Assembly: GCA_943704425.1 (NCBI GenBank)
Contig: CALSCP010001679.1
Span: 83,430 to 147,429 of the forward strand
Source of the DNA: Ministeria vibrans ATCC 50519
Taxonomy: Eukaryota; Protista; Filasterea
Direction of reading: 5' to 3'
Length of the DNA stretch: 64,000 bases
A program made the position numbers and the translations under genes. Shown here in pieces: positions 12,112 to 23,466 of the stretch. Numbering within the stretch: position 1 is the first letter of the stretch; the number at the start of each line of letters is the position of its first letter. The notes beneath the pieces were generated by a model. The model saw only the letters and a list, made by a program, of their open reading frames with translations, searched no databases and had not been told where the DNA came from.

Positions 12112-12457
12112 AAAAAGAAGCGAATGTAAAAGTTGTTAATTGTTTTGATCATATCATCCTTATAGCTGTTCTCTCTTCTATCTACGTCTGAGGAGTTCTC
12201 ACTGGCATTTACATAAGTTAACTCAATTTATGGAGACATTAGGTTAATAATTATTTTTCATCATCCACATTGACTGGAGCAACGCAAAACACAAATGGGG
12301 CAAATCAGGACATTTTTCAATGCACCCATCATCGTAATAAGAACCCAGCGTTAACCGGCAAATTTAAATATTTCGCACAACAATTATTCAATCAATCAAA
12401 AATATAATTATTATTCGAAATTGAACTGAAACTTTTTCTCACTTCTTTTTATTCACC

Positions 12458-13328
12458 ATGGACATGGACGGTATCAGTGCTGCGGCCGATAGCCTGGCAA
12501 AAGAATTTGCCGAGCAGAAGGTACTGTTGGAGCGCGAAATGCGATTGAGAGAAGTGCTCAAGGTGAGAACGACGAAAGAACGACACGAAAACGACAAGCA
12601 ATCCATTAATCAAAAAGTAATCCATCCATGCGTCTAATGGGGTGGTGCTCTAGGTTAGAGTTGCTCTGAATGAAAAGAAACTGGCGGAAATCAAGGTGAT
12701 TACTTCTTTTTTCTCTCTCCATTAATATATTCTTTGACTCGCCGCCAAAATTCTCGTTGCATTCATATACTGCAGATTGAAAACGCTCGCATCGAGTCAG
12801 CGTGTCTTCAGAGCGTCTCCGATTGTGAGGCACTTGCTCTTGAAATCAAAGAGCACCTTGATGAAATTGAGCAAAAGACCCAAGCGATTGCAACGCAGCG
12901 AAGTTTGCAGCGACGAGACGAAGAGTTGAAAAATCGACAGAGGTACCACAATTGCAAAAAAAAAAAAAGCACAGCAAACACACAAAAAATAGTTGGGTAG
13001 ATACACTCTTTACTAATTGCGTTACAAAAGAGGCTACGCGGTTCTTCAGGAAAAGATTCGGATGCACGCGCAGGAGCGACTGAAAACAAGCCAAAAGCTG
13101 GCGTGTGAGAGTGCGGCAGTCGCAACCGCGCAGGCGCGACTGGACCAAACGCGTTCGCTGTTTGCTTTGCTTCCGCAAAAGGCGCAGCAGTCGTTGGAGG
13201 ACGATATTTCGACGCTCGACGCGTGTGTGATGCTGCTGGTCGACGAAAAGAGCGATTTGGAGCGACAGACGGCGTTTCTCAAGACAGAGTGTGCGACGCT
13301 CTTTCAAAAGTTAAAAAGTCGCCGATAA
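12458..13328 (+). CDS. Uncharacterised coiled-coil protein (~200 aa); exons 12458-12562, 12654-12695, 12776-12942, 13031-13328
   Basis: GT-AG introns keep a continuous heptad-rich frame. Family not recognised. Confidence 0.65.
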
Positions 13329-13339
13329 TTGGTGCATTG

Positions 13340-14667
13340 TTACAGAAGGGAAAAGCGGATTTGCAGTGAAACATGATCAGAGGGGATGTGTTCGTTTGGT
13401 GCGGGACCGTATGGAATCAATTGACTGAGACGCAGAAGGCGACGAGTCTGGTAGGAGGAATAAATAGGAAAAGGCTGTTAGCGATGCACAAGTATAATAT
13501 TAATTATAAACAGTTTGTTGTACGTGAGTGATGCGAAGCGAGGGCGACAAAAGTGCATAGTCGACGTAGCGAGCGTCTTCGGGGGAGATAAACGTGGTGA
13601 CGGGCGGGTCTGGGTCATCGTAAGCGGGGACGGGGTAGGCCGAGCGAAGTGGAGAGAGGGCCAAGGCGCCTGCACGTGCGTCGACGTGATCGCCGTGAAG
13701 ACCAAGCGTGCGGAAGTGTGCTGTAAGGTCCTCCTACACACACATATATATACAAGGGAATGTCTGAGAGAAGAGGATCCTTGATTGGTGCAACAAAGTG
13801 TTGTACCTGACGAACAATTTGACGAGCTGAAAGCTCCGCCTGTGTGTGGTGTCCCGAGAAGAGAGCACGGATGGAACCGATGTACTCAAAGGAACCTTCC
13901 GTGATGAGTTGATACAGAGGCGAGTGGGCGACAATATTAAAGTCGCCACACAACATCTGATGGGGGGTTTCATGGGCGGCGGCGATTTCGTCAATGGCCG
14001 CGCGCAGACGAACGTACTGGAGCAACTTGATGTCGCCCCGTCGTGGATTGTACAGAAGATGGGTGGTTGCCAGCACAAGTGGCGGTGTCGATGGAGGCAT
14101 CTGGCGGTCGCGTAGAACCACAGCAAGAGCAACGTTCTCGCGCTGCAAATCATCGGGTAATGCCTGAAACAAGTTCGAGAGAGAGAGAGAGCAACGTTGA
14201 GTAGGAAATTAAGAGTGACGCAAGGTGTGCCATACTTCAGAGCCGAGCCAAATAGAGTGGTGCGCGACAAGATCAAAGCGCTCGGGGCGGTAGAAGATGG
14301 CACAGCCGTCGGGTTTGTCGCCGTGACGATTGTAGTGCAGGCCGACAAAGCCACGTCGTCCCAGCATCGGTTCAAACCAACGCTGAAACGCACCCTCTTC
14401 GCACTCTTGCAAACAGACGACATCGGCCCGTGCGTCGATGATGTCGCGCAGCAGAAGGCGGCGGCGGTTGTTCCAAGCCAAGTTGTCGCGTCGCGTGTGC
14501 GTGTACAAGAAGCGATGATCTTGCAAAAGCCGATCGCTCAGAACATTCAGCGACACGAGTGTCGCCGGCCGATCGACCGCGTGTGTCCGCGGCTCTCGCG
14601 ACGGCACCCACTGGCGTCTGAGTTCGACAGGGACGGGATCGGGCGGGGGACGTGCTCGTCGCGCCAT
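13340..14667 (-). CDS. ANGEL: Angel-family EEP (CCR4/nocturnin/Angel) phosphoesterase; exons ~14667-14236, 14163-13807, 13733-13524, 13447-13340
   Basis: SLNVLSD..H..LY, DVVCLQE, DGCAIFY, Angel-type THLLYNPRRGDIKL, LCGDFN, VDY and PSDH motifs. Start codon uncertain. Confidence 0.88.
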
Positions 14668-15118
14668 TTGCTCAAACCCTTCTCGTCCCAACGGTGCCAC
14701 CTGGTGCAGTAGCCGGCGCGATCCCGTGCAGCGTCTAGCGAAGTGCTGAAGAGACAATATCGTGTTTGAGGAAGAGAAGACTGGACTCACATGAGTGAGT
14801 ACTGAGTGATAAAAGTCACATCGCACTCACACTGCAAACCACTCATCAGTGTCGAATGTGTATTGACGTGCACAGCCACCACATCCGAATAACACCCATT
14901 ACCACATATGCCACCAATACGATTAGCGTGTATCTGTGGCGCGATCATTCATCGACCATGCGATCTCCCATCACATCGCATTCGTCACTAAAAAAAGACT
15001 CAGTCGAAGAATGAATAAAAACAAAAGAAAAAAATCGATTCACCATTTTTCGTCTCTCGAACACAATTGGACTTCACCCTTCGCCAACGGTCCTCAACGG
15101 ATTTCACAACACTTCACA

Positions 15119-18100
15119 ATGACAACATCGGCACAGACGCCCGCCATGACGGGCCACAAATACGCAATTGTCATCGGACGAACATTTTTCAACTCGAACA
15201 CGCTCGAGCTTGATACGCTACCAGGGGTCGGGGCGACGGTGCGCAACATGGCGGTTGNNNNNNNATGACGGGCCACAAATACGCAATTGTCATCGGACGA
15301 ACATTTTTCAACTGGAACACGCTCGAGCTTGATACGCTACCAGGGGTCGGGGCGACGGTGCGCAACATGGCGGTTGACCTTGTGCGCAACGGGTTTAAGA
15401 CGGTCGTGCTCGCAGACACGCGCATGGCGCTGTCGCAGCGCTCGTTCGACTCGCCGACGCTGGAACAACACTACGTCGACTTTGCGGTCGATGCGACGCA
15501 GACGCAGAAGCTGTCGTGGGTGCAGGCGGACACGACACGCCCACACATCCGCACGGCACTCGTTGGCCTGGCTGCCATGGGCTCTGGGCACCTGCCGGGT
15601 CCGCTCGACGACTTGGTCATTTACATCTGCTCGCACGGCGTCCTCAACGCCAGCGACGGCTCGTACGGCGCAGCACTCGCCGACGTGCGCTGCACCAAGC
15701 CGAGTGTCACCGATGCGAACGGCGACGTTGTGCACCCCGCCCAGTATGCCGACGCGTACACGATGGAGCAGTTGCGCGACGACTTGTGCGTCGAGCAAGA
15801 GCAGCGCTGGCGCAACACTCTTGTGGTGCTCGACACGTGCCACTCGGGAGGGGCGTTTGATGCGACGGAGGTGTCGTTGCGCGACTGTGGCACGCAGAAC
15901 ACGCACGACATGCAGAGGGTGTTCCAGAAGGAGTCGTACCAGTGCTTGGCGGCGGTGCCCTGTTCTGCGTCGGCGTTTTGTCTGGAGCGCGGCACGGTGC
16001 TGCACATGGCGCTGCGACGAGCATGGCTGTCGCCTGGTGGCGATGGTGGGGCGTTTGCGCGAGCGCGCGAGGGAGCGGCGCGGTGGGCGACAATTGGACG
16101 CGTGGCGGACCGTGTCAATGTGGAACTGACGTCGCTGATGACGGAGATTGTGCAGAAGATGCCGGCGCATCTGAAGGAGCCGGACGACGCGTACTTCTTC
16201 CGACAGACGTGTCTGTTGGGCCGACTGCCGTGGCGCGTGGCGCACAACACGGGGGAGTTTGTGGTGTTCAACGGGAAGTACACGGAGCGCAACAAGCTGG
16301 CCATGGTGCCTGGTGTGCCGGCGAGTTTCACGGGACGCGCGAAGGAGTTGAGGCAGTTGGAGGCGCGACTGAAGCAAAGTGGGACTGCGGCGATTGGGAA
16401 CGTGACGGTGTCGGCTGCGGGCGGAGTGGGCAAGAGCACACTGGCAGCGGAGTATGCGCGACGGAATGCGCATGAGTACCACTGGATCGTTTGGGTGCGG
16501 GCAACGAGTGCGACGACGATGATGGGATCGTATCGGGAGGCAGTGCGGTACATTCCACTGAAGCATGTGGATTTAGCGAACGCAACGAATGAAGAGGTGG
16601 TGGGGGCAGTGAAGGAGTGGCTGGCGCACGAAGGAGGATGGTTGATGGTGATGGACGGATGTGATGCGATCACAGAGGAGATGAGTGAGATGATGCCCGG
16701 TGGCGTGATGGAGGGGAAGGTGGTTGTGACGACACGATTGCGTCGTGTGGATGAGTTGGGGGCGTTGTTTGGAGGAGGAGATGCACCGTTGCAGTTGGGG
16801 GTGTTTGACGAGGAGGAGGGAATGGAGTACATGCGCAAGCGACTGGCGGGTCGAGCAGATGAAGATGAGGAGGTGCAGAAGATTGTTGCAAGGTTGGGAG
16901 GAATGCCACTGGCGCTTGAGTTGGCGGCAGCATATCTGGTGGAGACGCCACATGTGAGTGCTGGAGAATATGGCGCACGGATGGAGACAGACATATTGGG
17001 GACGTTGAAGAGGCGGAATGGAGCAGGGGGGTTGGAGGATCGTGTTGTGGCGACGTACGAGCCGGGTGTTGCTCGGGCGATGGAGATTGGCGGGCGGGAG
17101 ATGGTGCGGAAGATGGTTGGAGTGATGGGGTTTTTGGAAGGGAGTGGGATGGAGGTGGAGGTGCTGCGGCTGGTCGTGGTGGGGGAAAGGAAGAAGGAGA
17201 AGGTGGAGGAAGACGAGTTTGACGTTGCACTTGGTGCGTTGTGTCGACTGTGTGTGGTTGATGTGAGCAAGAGTGTGGTGTCGATGCATCAGTTGGTGCA
17301 GGATGTGTGTCGGGTGGTGGCATTTGGAGATGAGGAGGAGATGTGGAGGGAGTTGCAGAGGATGGGGAGCGTGTTGGAAGAGGAGATTGGCAAAGATGCA
17401 CATATTTATGAGGATATGGAGTGGAGTCGACGCGTGGGAGTGCATGGAACGCGAGTGATGGAGTGGGCGTGTGCTGAGGTGGGGAGAAGGCGGAGGGGTG
17501 GAGAGACGGAGGAGTACGGCGATGGTGTGGTGTGGCTGGGAATTCGGCTGAGTGTCGTGTGGAGATTTTTGGGAATGTATAAGTTGGCTCGGAGTGCGGC
17601 TGAGAGTGCGTGTGATTGTGTGTGTGATAAGAGGTGTGCGCTTGCTGGGAGTGCGTTTGGGACTCTAGGCGATGTTTGCAAGTACCAAGGGGAGTATACG
17701 CGAGCGTTGGAGGTGTATGGTTGGGCAGTTGCGATTCAAGAAGAGAAGCTGGGGACAGATCATGCTGAGACTGGCGACACATTGAACAACATGGCCATTG
17801 TGTTTCGGGCACAAGGAGACTACAGTCGTGCTCTTGAGTACTATGAGCGTGCTCTGACCATCTGTGAGAAGTCTGTTGGTCCCGACCACCCATCCACAGG
17901 CGACACATTGAACAACATGGCTGTTGTGTTTGAGGCACAAGGAGACTACAGTCGTGCTCTTGAGTACTATGAGCGTGCTCTGACCATCCGTGAGAAGTCT
18001 GTTGGTCCCGACCACCCGTCCACAGGCGACATATTGAACAACATGGCCATTGTGTTTCGGGCACAAGGAGACTACAGTCGTGCTCTTGAGTACTATGAGC

Positions 18101-19770
18101 GTGCTCTGACCATCTGTGAGAAGTCTGTTGGTCCCGACCACCCGTCCACAGGCGACATATTGAACAACATGGCCATTGTGTTTCGGGCACAAGGAGACTA
18201 CAGTCGTGCTCTTGAGTACTATGAGCGTGCTCTGACCATCTGTGAGAAGTCTGTTGGTCCCGACCACCCGTCCACAGGCGACATATTGAACAACATGGCC
18301 ATTGTGTTTCGGGCACAAGGAGACTACAGTCGTGCTCTTGAGTACTATGAGCGTGCTCTGACCATCTGTGAGAAGTCTGTTGGTCCCGACCACCCGTCCA
18401 CAGGCGACATATTGAACAACATGGCCATTGTGTTCGAGGCACAAGGAGACTACAGTCGTGCTCTTGAGTACTATGAGCGTGCTCTGACCATCCGTGAGAA
18501 GTCTGTTGGTCCCGACCACCCATCCACAGGCACCACATTGAACAACATGGCGAATGTGTTCAAGGAACAAGGAGACTACAGTCGTGCTCTTGAGTACTAT
18601 GAGCGTGCGCTGACCATCAAAGAGAAGTCTCTTGGTCCCGACCACCCATCCACAGGCAACACATTGAACAACATGGCGAACGTGTTCAAGGCACAAGGAG
18701 ACTACAGTCGTGCTCTTGAGTACTATGAGCGTGCTCTGACCATCCGTGAGAAGTCTGTTGGTCCCGACCACCCATCCACAGGCAACACATTGAACAACAT
18801 GGCTGGTGTGTTCCAGTTACAAGGAGACTACAGTCGTGCTCTTGAGTACTATGAGCGTGCTCTGACCATCTTTGAGAAGTCTGTTGGTCCCGACCACCCA
18901 TCCACAGGCCAGACATTGAACAACATGGCCATTGTGTTCGAGGCACAAGGAGACTACAGTCGTGCTCTTGAGTACTATGAGCGTGCTCTGACCATCAAAG
19001 AGAAGTCTCTTGGTCCCGACCACCCATCCACAGGCACCACATTGAACAACATGGCGAATGTGTTCAAGGAACAAGGAGACTACAGTCGTGCTCTTGAGTA
19101 CTATGAGCGTGCGCTGACCATCAAAGAGAAGTCTCTTGGTCCCGACCACCCATCCACAGGCAACACATTGAACAACATGGCGAACGTGTTCAAGGCACAA
19201 GGAGACTACAGTCGTGCTCTTGAGTACTATGAGCGTGCTCTGACCATCCGTGAGAAGTCTGTTGGTCCCGACCACCCATCCACAGGCAACACATTGAACA
19301 ACATGGCCATTGTGTTTCGGGCACAAGGAGAATACAGTCGTGCTCTTGAGTACTATGAGCGTGCTCTGACCATCAAAGAGAAGTCTCTTGGTCCCGACCA
19401 CCCATCCACAGGCCAGACATTGAACAACATGGCCATTGTGTTCGCGGCACAAGGAGATTACAGTCGTGCTCTTGAGTACTATGAGCGCGATCTGGCCATC
19501 TGTGAGAAGTCTCTTGGTCCCGACCACCCATCCACAGGCCAGACATTGAACAACATGGCTGGTGTGTTCCATGCACAAGGAGACCGAACTCGTGCCCTCG
19601 ACTATTGGCAACGTGCTTTGACCATCCGTGAGAAGTCTCTTGGCCCCGACCACCCGCACACCAAGCAAACCCGCAAGTCCCTCAGTGCCCTCCATCCTAC
19701 CGCACAACCCGCATGCCTCACCAACTCAACGAAGCCCCCAAACCAATCTGCCGACTGTATCATACTTTAA
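15119..19770 (+). CDS. NLR-like protein: caspase-like peptidase C14, NB-ARC/STAND, 15+ TPR repeats (42 aa) and a C-terminal CaaX. Intronless; the 5' end is duplicated across a gap, and the intact ORF runs 15265-19770.
   Basis: His/Cys dyad VIYICSHG...VVLDTCHSG. STAND motifs FTGR, Walker A AAGGVGKST, WLMVMDG, VVVTTR, GGMPLAL and SMHQLVQ. Kinesin-light-chain-type TPR units TLNNMA.VF..QGDYSRALEYYERALTI.EKS.GPDHPS. Ends CIIL*. Confidence 0.93.
15146..15376. other. 112-bp direct duplication flanking the N gap at 15258-15264 (probable scaffolding overlap)
   Basis: 15146-15257 equals 15265-15376 except for one base (TCG vs TGG codon). Confidence 0.85.
17770..19659 (+). repeat. Tandem array of 15 x 126-bp TPR-coding units
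   Basis: Exact 126-nt period. Units 3-5 are identical in protein, and units 7-8 recur as 11-12. Confidence 0.97.
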
Positions 19771-19841
19771 TTGCACACACTACTTCTGTTTTACACACCC
19801 TCCCTCTCACGTACTCACTCTCTTCTCCTCTTGCCGCACTC

Positions 19842-20734
19842 TCATTCATCGCCCGCCAAAGGCACAAACATCGATCTCTCGCGCGCTTCGGGTTTCTCCA
19901 ACTCAAAATGGTACATCAGACGAAACACAAGGGCTGCCACAGCAGACACGAGAAAGAGCAGTGAGCCGACACAGAATTGCCACACTCCCGCAACTTCCAC
20001 AGAGGCAAACAGAAAGCAGGTGGACCCAGTCACAAAGAGCACACAGCCCACAATAGTCGCCGTGAAGGCCGCCATGTGCACCCAGTGGTACCGTTGCAGC
20101 GACGCCGGCGGGATCGTCGAGAGCACCCGATCCGCCCGACACCAATCGACCATCGCCACCACCACATAGTACGCTGAGTCCACAATGAAGATATATGTGC
20201 CCGTGCGCGTCGCTTTGGGCCCCTCCTTGGGAAAGAACAGACAGCTGCCAATAAAGAAGCCAAAGTTGGCAACGCAGTAGAGCAAGGGCAGTCGCTCGAC
20301 AGGCACGCGCGGTCGCTGAGTCGTCGTCAGGAGCCACTGCTCTGCGCCTTCATCGTCGTCTGGCTGCGACCCACTCGGGCGGTACAGCTCAATCCAGTCC
20401 CACGTGCTCGCCATCAGAAAGGCCAGCGACCCGATAATGAACAGATCCACACCTGCAGCAGAAGGAGATGAGCAAAAGCGGAACGTGGCAACAAAAGCGA
20501 AAACGGGATTGAGCGACACCCAACCGATTGTGTCGTACCGATTCCCTCGAGATGAGCAAAGCGCGGAAAGAACAAGACGGAGCCTATGATGAAGGCCAAG
20601 GAGCCAATGACATACAGGCAGCCGTTGCCCAGGTGCGCGGCCAGGCGGTCGGCCTGTGGCAGCAGCAACAGTGCACTGGCACATCGCATCTGCCGTGTCG
20701 TCTCATTTGACCCTCGCGCGTCTTCCGCCGACAT
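19842..20734 (-). CDS. Multi-pass membrane protein with three YrhK-like helical hairpin repeats; exons 20734-20539 and 20452-19842
   Basis: Repeated F(I/V)xGSxLF/GxxxFIxGS motifs (AFIIGSVLFFP..G|VDLFIIGSLAF; FFIGSCLFFP; FVTGSTCFL..GVWQFCVGSLLF). One GT-AG intron restores the frame. Confidence 0.75.
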
Positions 20735-21237
20735 TCTCACCGCGACTGGCACACACACAAACGTATACTCTCCCGATTTCTTCCACTGGTTCCATATACA
20801 ACCCAAAAGCACGCGGTACAGAGGAGTGAGAGAGAGAGTAGACCAAATCAATTAATGAGTAAAAAAATTGTGACTATTTTTTGGATCGGATCGCCGATCG
20901 ATCACTGATCGATGAATGAATATCTCTGAGTAGAGACAAATGTGAGTATATGAATAATGATTTTCCAAACGAAAGTCCCAAATATTCTTTAATCTTTTGA
21001 CTTTTGGTGAGTTTCATTTATCATGATAATAATTATAAAAATAATAATTAATAATAATTATTCGGGAATAAGAAAATAATAAATTATTTATTATAATGTA
21101 TTAATGATACAATAATATAATTATTCATAATTAGAAGAAGAAGAAGAATACAACTTGTTTATTAATGATAAATTATAATTATATTAATTTATTAAAAATT
21201 ATTATTATTTTATTTTATTTATGACAATAATGTTACT

Positions 21238-23425
21238 TTACACAATCGGAAAATGCTCAACGACAGACGGCAACGGTGTGTCATCAGAGTCAGGCATCTG
21301 AGGCAACGCCATGCTCAACGAAAAGTACACATCTTTGGGTGACACATTCACCGTGAACACAAGCAACTGATCAAGTGAGACAGGCAACAGCTCTTGCAAC
21401 GGCAGCGACGCCTGGGTCGCCGTCTCGCCCGACGACGCAAACAACTGCGGCACCACCGTGCCATTCTGTGACACAAGCGCCACCGATCCGTCCGCCGCCG
21501 CAGTCAGGTTCCACCCAACTGAAAACGATACAACTGCCACAGTGGCACTCTTGCGCACTGCATTCAGTCCTCGCACAGCGAGTCCCCGCAGCTCATCCAC
21601 GATGGGCACGTCCACCGCAGAACCCACAGTCGCCCACATGCCCGCTCGATTCCGCACTCGCCCGATCACTCGAATCACTCGACCCGTCTTCCTCTCCTCC
21701 TCTTCATCGACTCCACGCATCGCCACCATATTCACCAAATCTCCATTCTCAAGCTTGATACTCTCCACCAGTCGTGTCACAGTGTCATTCACACGAATCT
21801 CCACTGCATCCACTCCGCTCTCGGCATCGGTGCACCCCACGAGACGCACAGCAAGTCGGTCACGCCGGTGCACCCACTCAGGCGCCACCAGCCCACCCGA
21901 GCACAGCGGACCCGTCGCATCCGCACGCACCCCATTGCTCCGCAAGTGTACTGTGTCTCCCTCACTACCCACACCCACTTCCACTCGCGCTTCGTACTCC
22001 ATGTTGTGCACCAGTGCCAGTCCCTCCACCTGTGCCGCATACGCTGTCAGATTCCGCGCAAGTGGTCCCGCCACAAGCACGCCCGTTTGTTTCTCATGAA
22101 ACGACACAGTCACCATCGGTGCACCCACAAACAGCTGTTCGTTGCCCAGCGACGCCACCGCCGCCAACCAGTGCACCCCTAGCACCCCTTGCGACGCATC
22201 CACCACATCGATATCATTCGGCGTTGCACTTGCCGTTGTCGTCGTCCCGTTTTGCCCCGCTGTGTCCACCACAGCCTCAAAAGGTGACTGCACCAACACT
22301 CGCCGGACCCGTCCAGCAGCTTTGCTCCATCCCGTCGCCCACAGTCCCGCTCCATTGCGGCACTGCACTCGCGCACGGTACGACACCCCTTCGTGGAACA
22401 CCTCCGTCGCACTCACGACTGCACCATCCATCGAAACAGTTGCCACCCGCCCTCCGTCCACCACCCACACCGACACGTCCTGGCCGTCCACGCCACTCTC
22501 GCTGTCACTGCACGCCTGCCAGGTGACCATTGCATGCGTCCCATTCGCAACGGTAAGTGACACGTTGGCCACAAACGGCGCACTCGTGTCCACGCGCAGC
22601 GGCGCACTCGTCCCATTCGTCCACGTGATGCCATCGCACGCCAAAGCACGCACAAACGCACGCACACTCGCATTCTGTGGCGTCCGCTGCCACTCGTCCG
22701 TCAACGACACAGATGACACGTCGCTCAGTGGCACAGCCTGTTCTGGAATCAACACTTGACCGGTAGCATCCTCTTCGAGTCCCACCAACACCTGCTGGCG
22801 GCACTGACCCGCACCAAAGGCTCCACCATGCCAGCTCACAGTCACCGCCCCACCACGCATCAAGAACCCACTCGAGGTCGCCAGGGGACCCAACAGAACA
22901 CGCGTCTCCGCCATGCCCACGCATGGAACCATGCCCGTCGCTTGCACCGCTGGCACCACCGTGCTCACATCACTGCAAACGTGAACAAGCCCCCCATCGT
23001 CGTACTCTGCCAGCACGCACGCCACAATGGGCTCCATGCGTACTACCAACACATTGGCAACGACCACCGTGGTACCATCCGCAACACCGCACTGCTGGCG
23101 CACCTCAGACTTGCCCACCAGTTCAATACACGTCCGTGACTCGACCGGCTTGGCTCCCCATCGTGCACCCGCCAATCCCGTCACATTCACCGACACGTCC
23201 ACTCGAAGCGCCGATGCACAATCACTCGCCCACGCCCCTTGTGGCTCCCACGACACAATCGATGTACGCGGCGCACTCGCGGCGAGAACTATGGGAACAC
23301 CAGCAACGTCTTGACACGCAAGCTGACGCACCAGTCCCGCAGCATTCTCCACGCGCACCGTCACATACACGCGTGTGTCGTCCGAGTGCACACTCACCTC
23401 GTCCGCCGCCACACACACGTCCACA

Positions 23426-23466
<41 letters not shown>

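Noticed and set aside
11213-14667. Angel and PRKRIP1 as members of an RNA-defence cluster with the Schlafen gene
   Set aside because: Both are widespread housekeeping RNA-processing genes, and adjacency in a compact genome is not evidence of a shared pathway.
15146-15264. Real tandem duplication or frameshifted pseudogene at the NLR start
   Set aside because: The duplicate sits exactly at a scaffold gap, so contig overlap is the simplest explanation, and the downstream ORF is intact.
17770-19659. Possible CRISPR array or TALE-like DNA-binding repeats
   Set aside because: The units are contiguous 126-bp in-frame TPR codons with no unique spacers and no cas genes. The sequence is KLC-type TPR, not the 34-aa TALE repeat.
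15337-19707. Long antisense ORFs (409, 549, 622, 368 and 296 aa) opposite the NLR
   Set aside because: Shadow frames produced by codon bias and the stop-free repeat unit; no independent domain signal.
20856-21237. Very AT-rich stretch as a mobile element or an extra exon of the 3405-aa gene
   Set aside because: No terminal repeats or coding frame are visible; it is consistent with ordinary 3' UTR and intergenic DNA.
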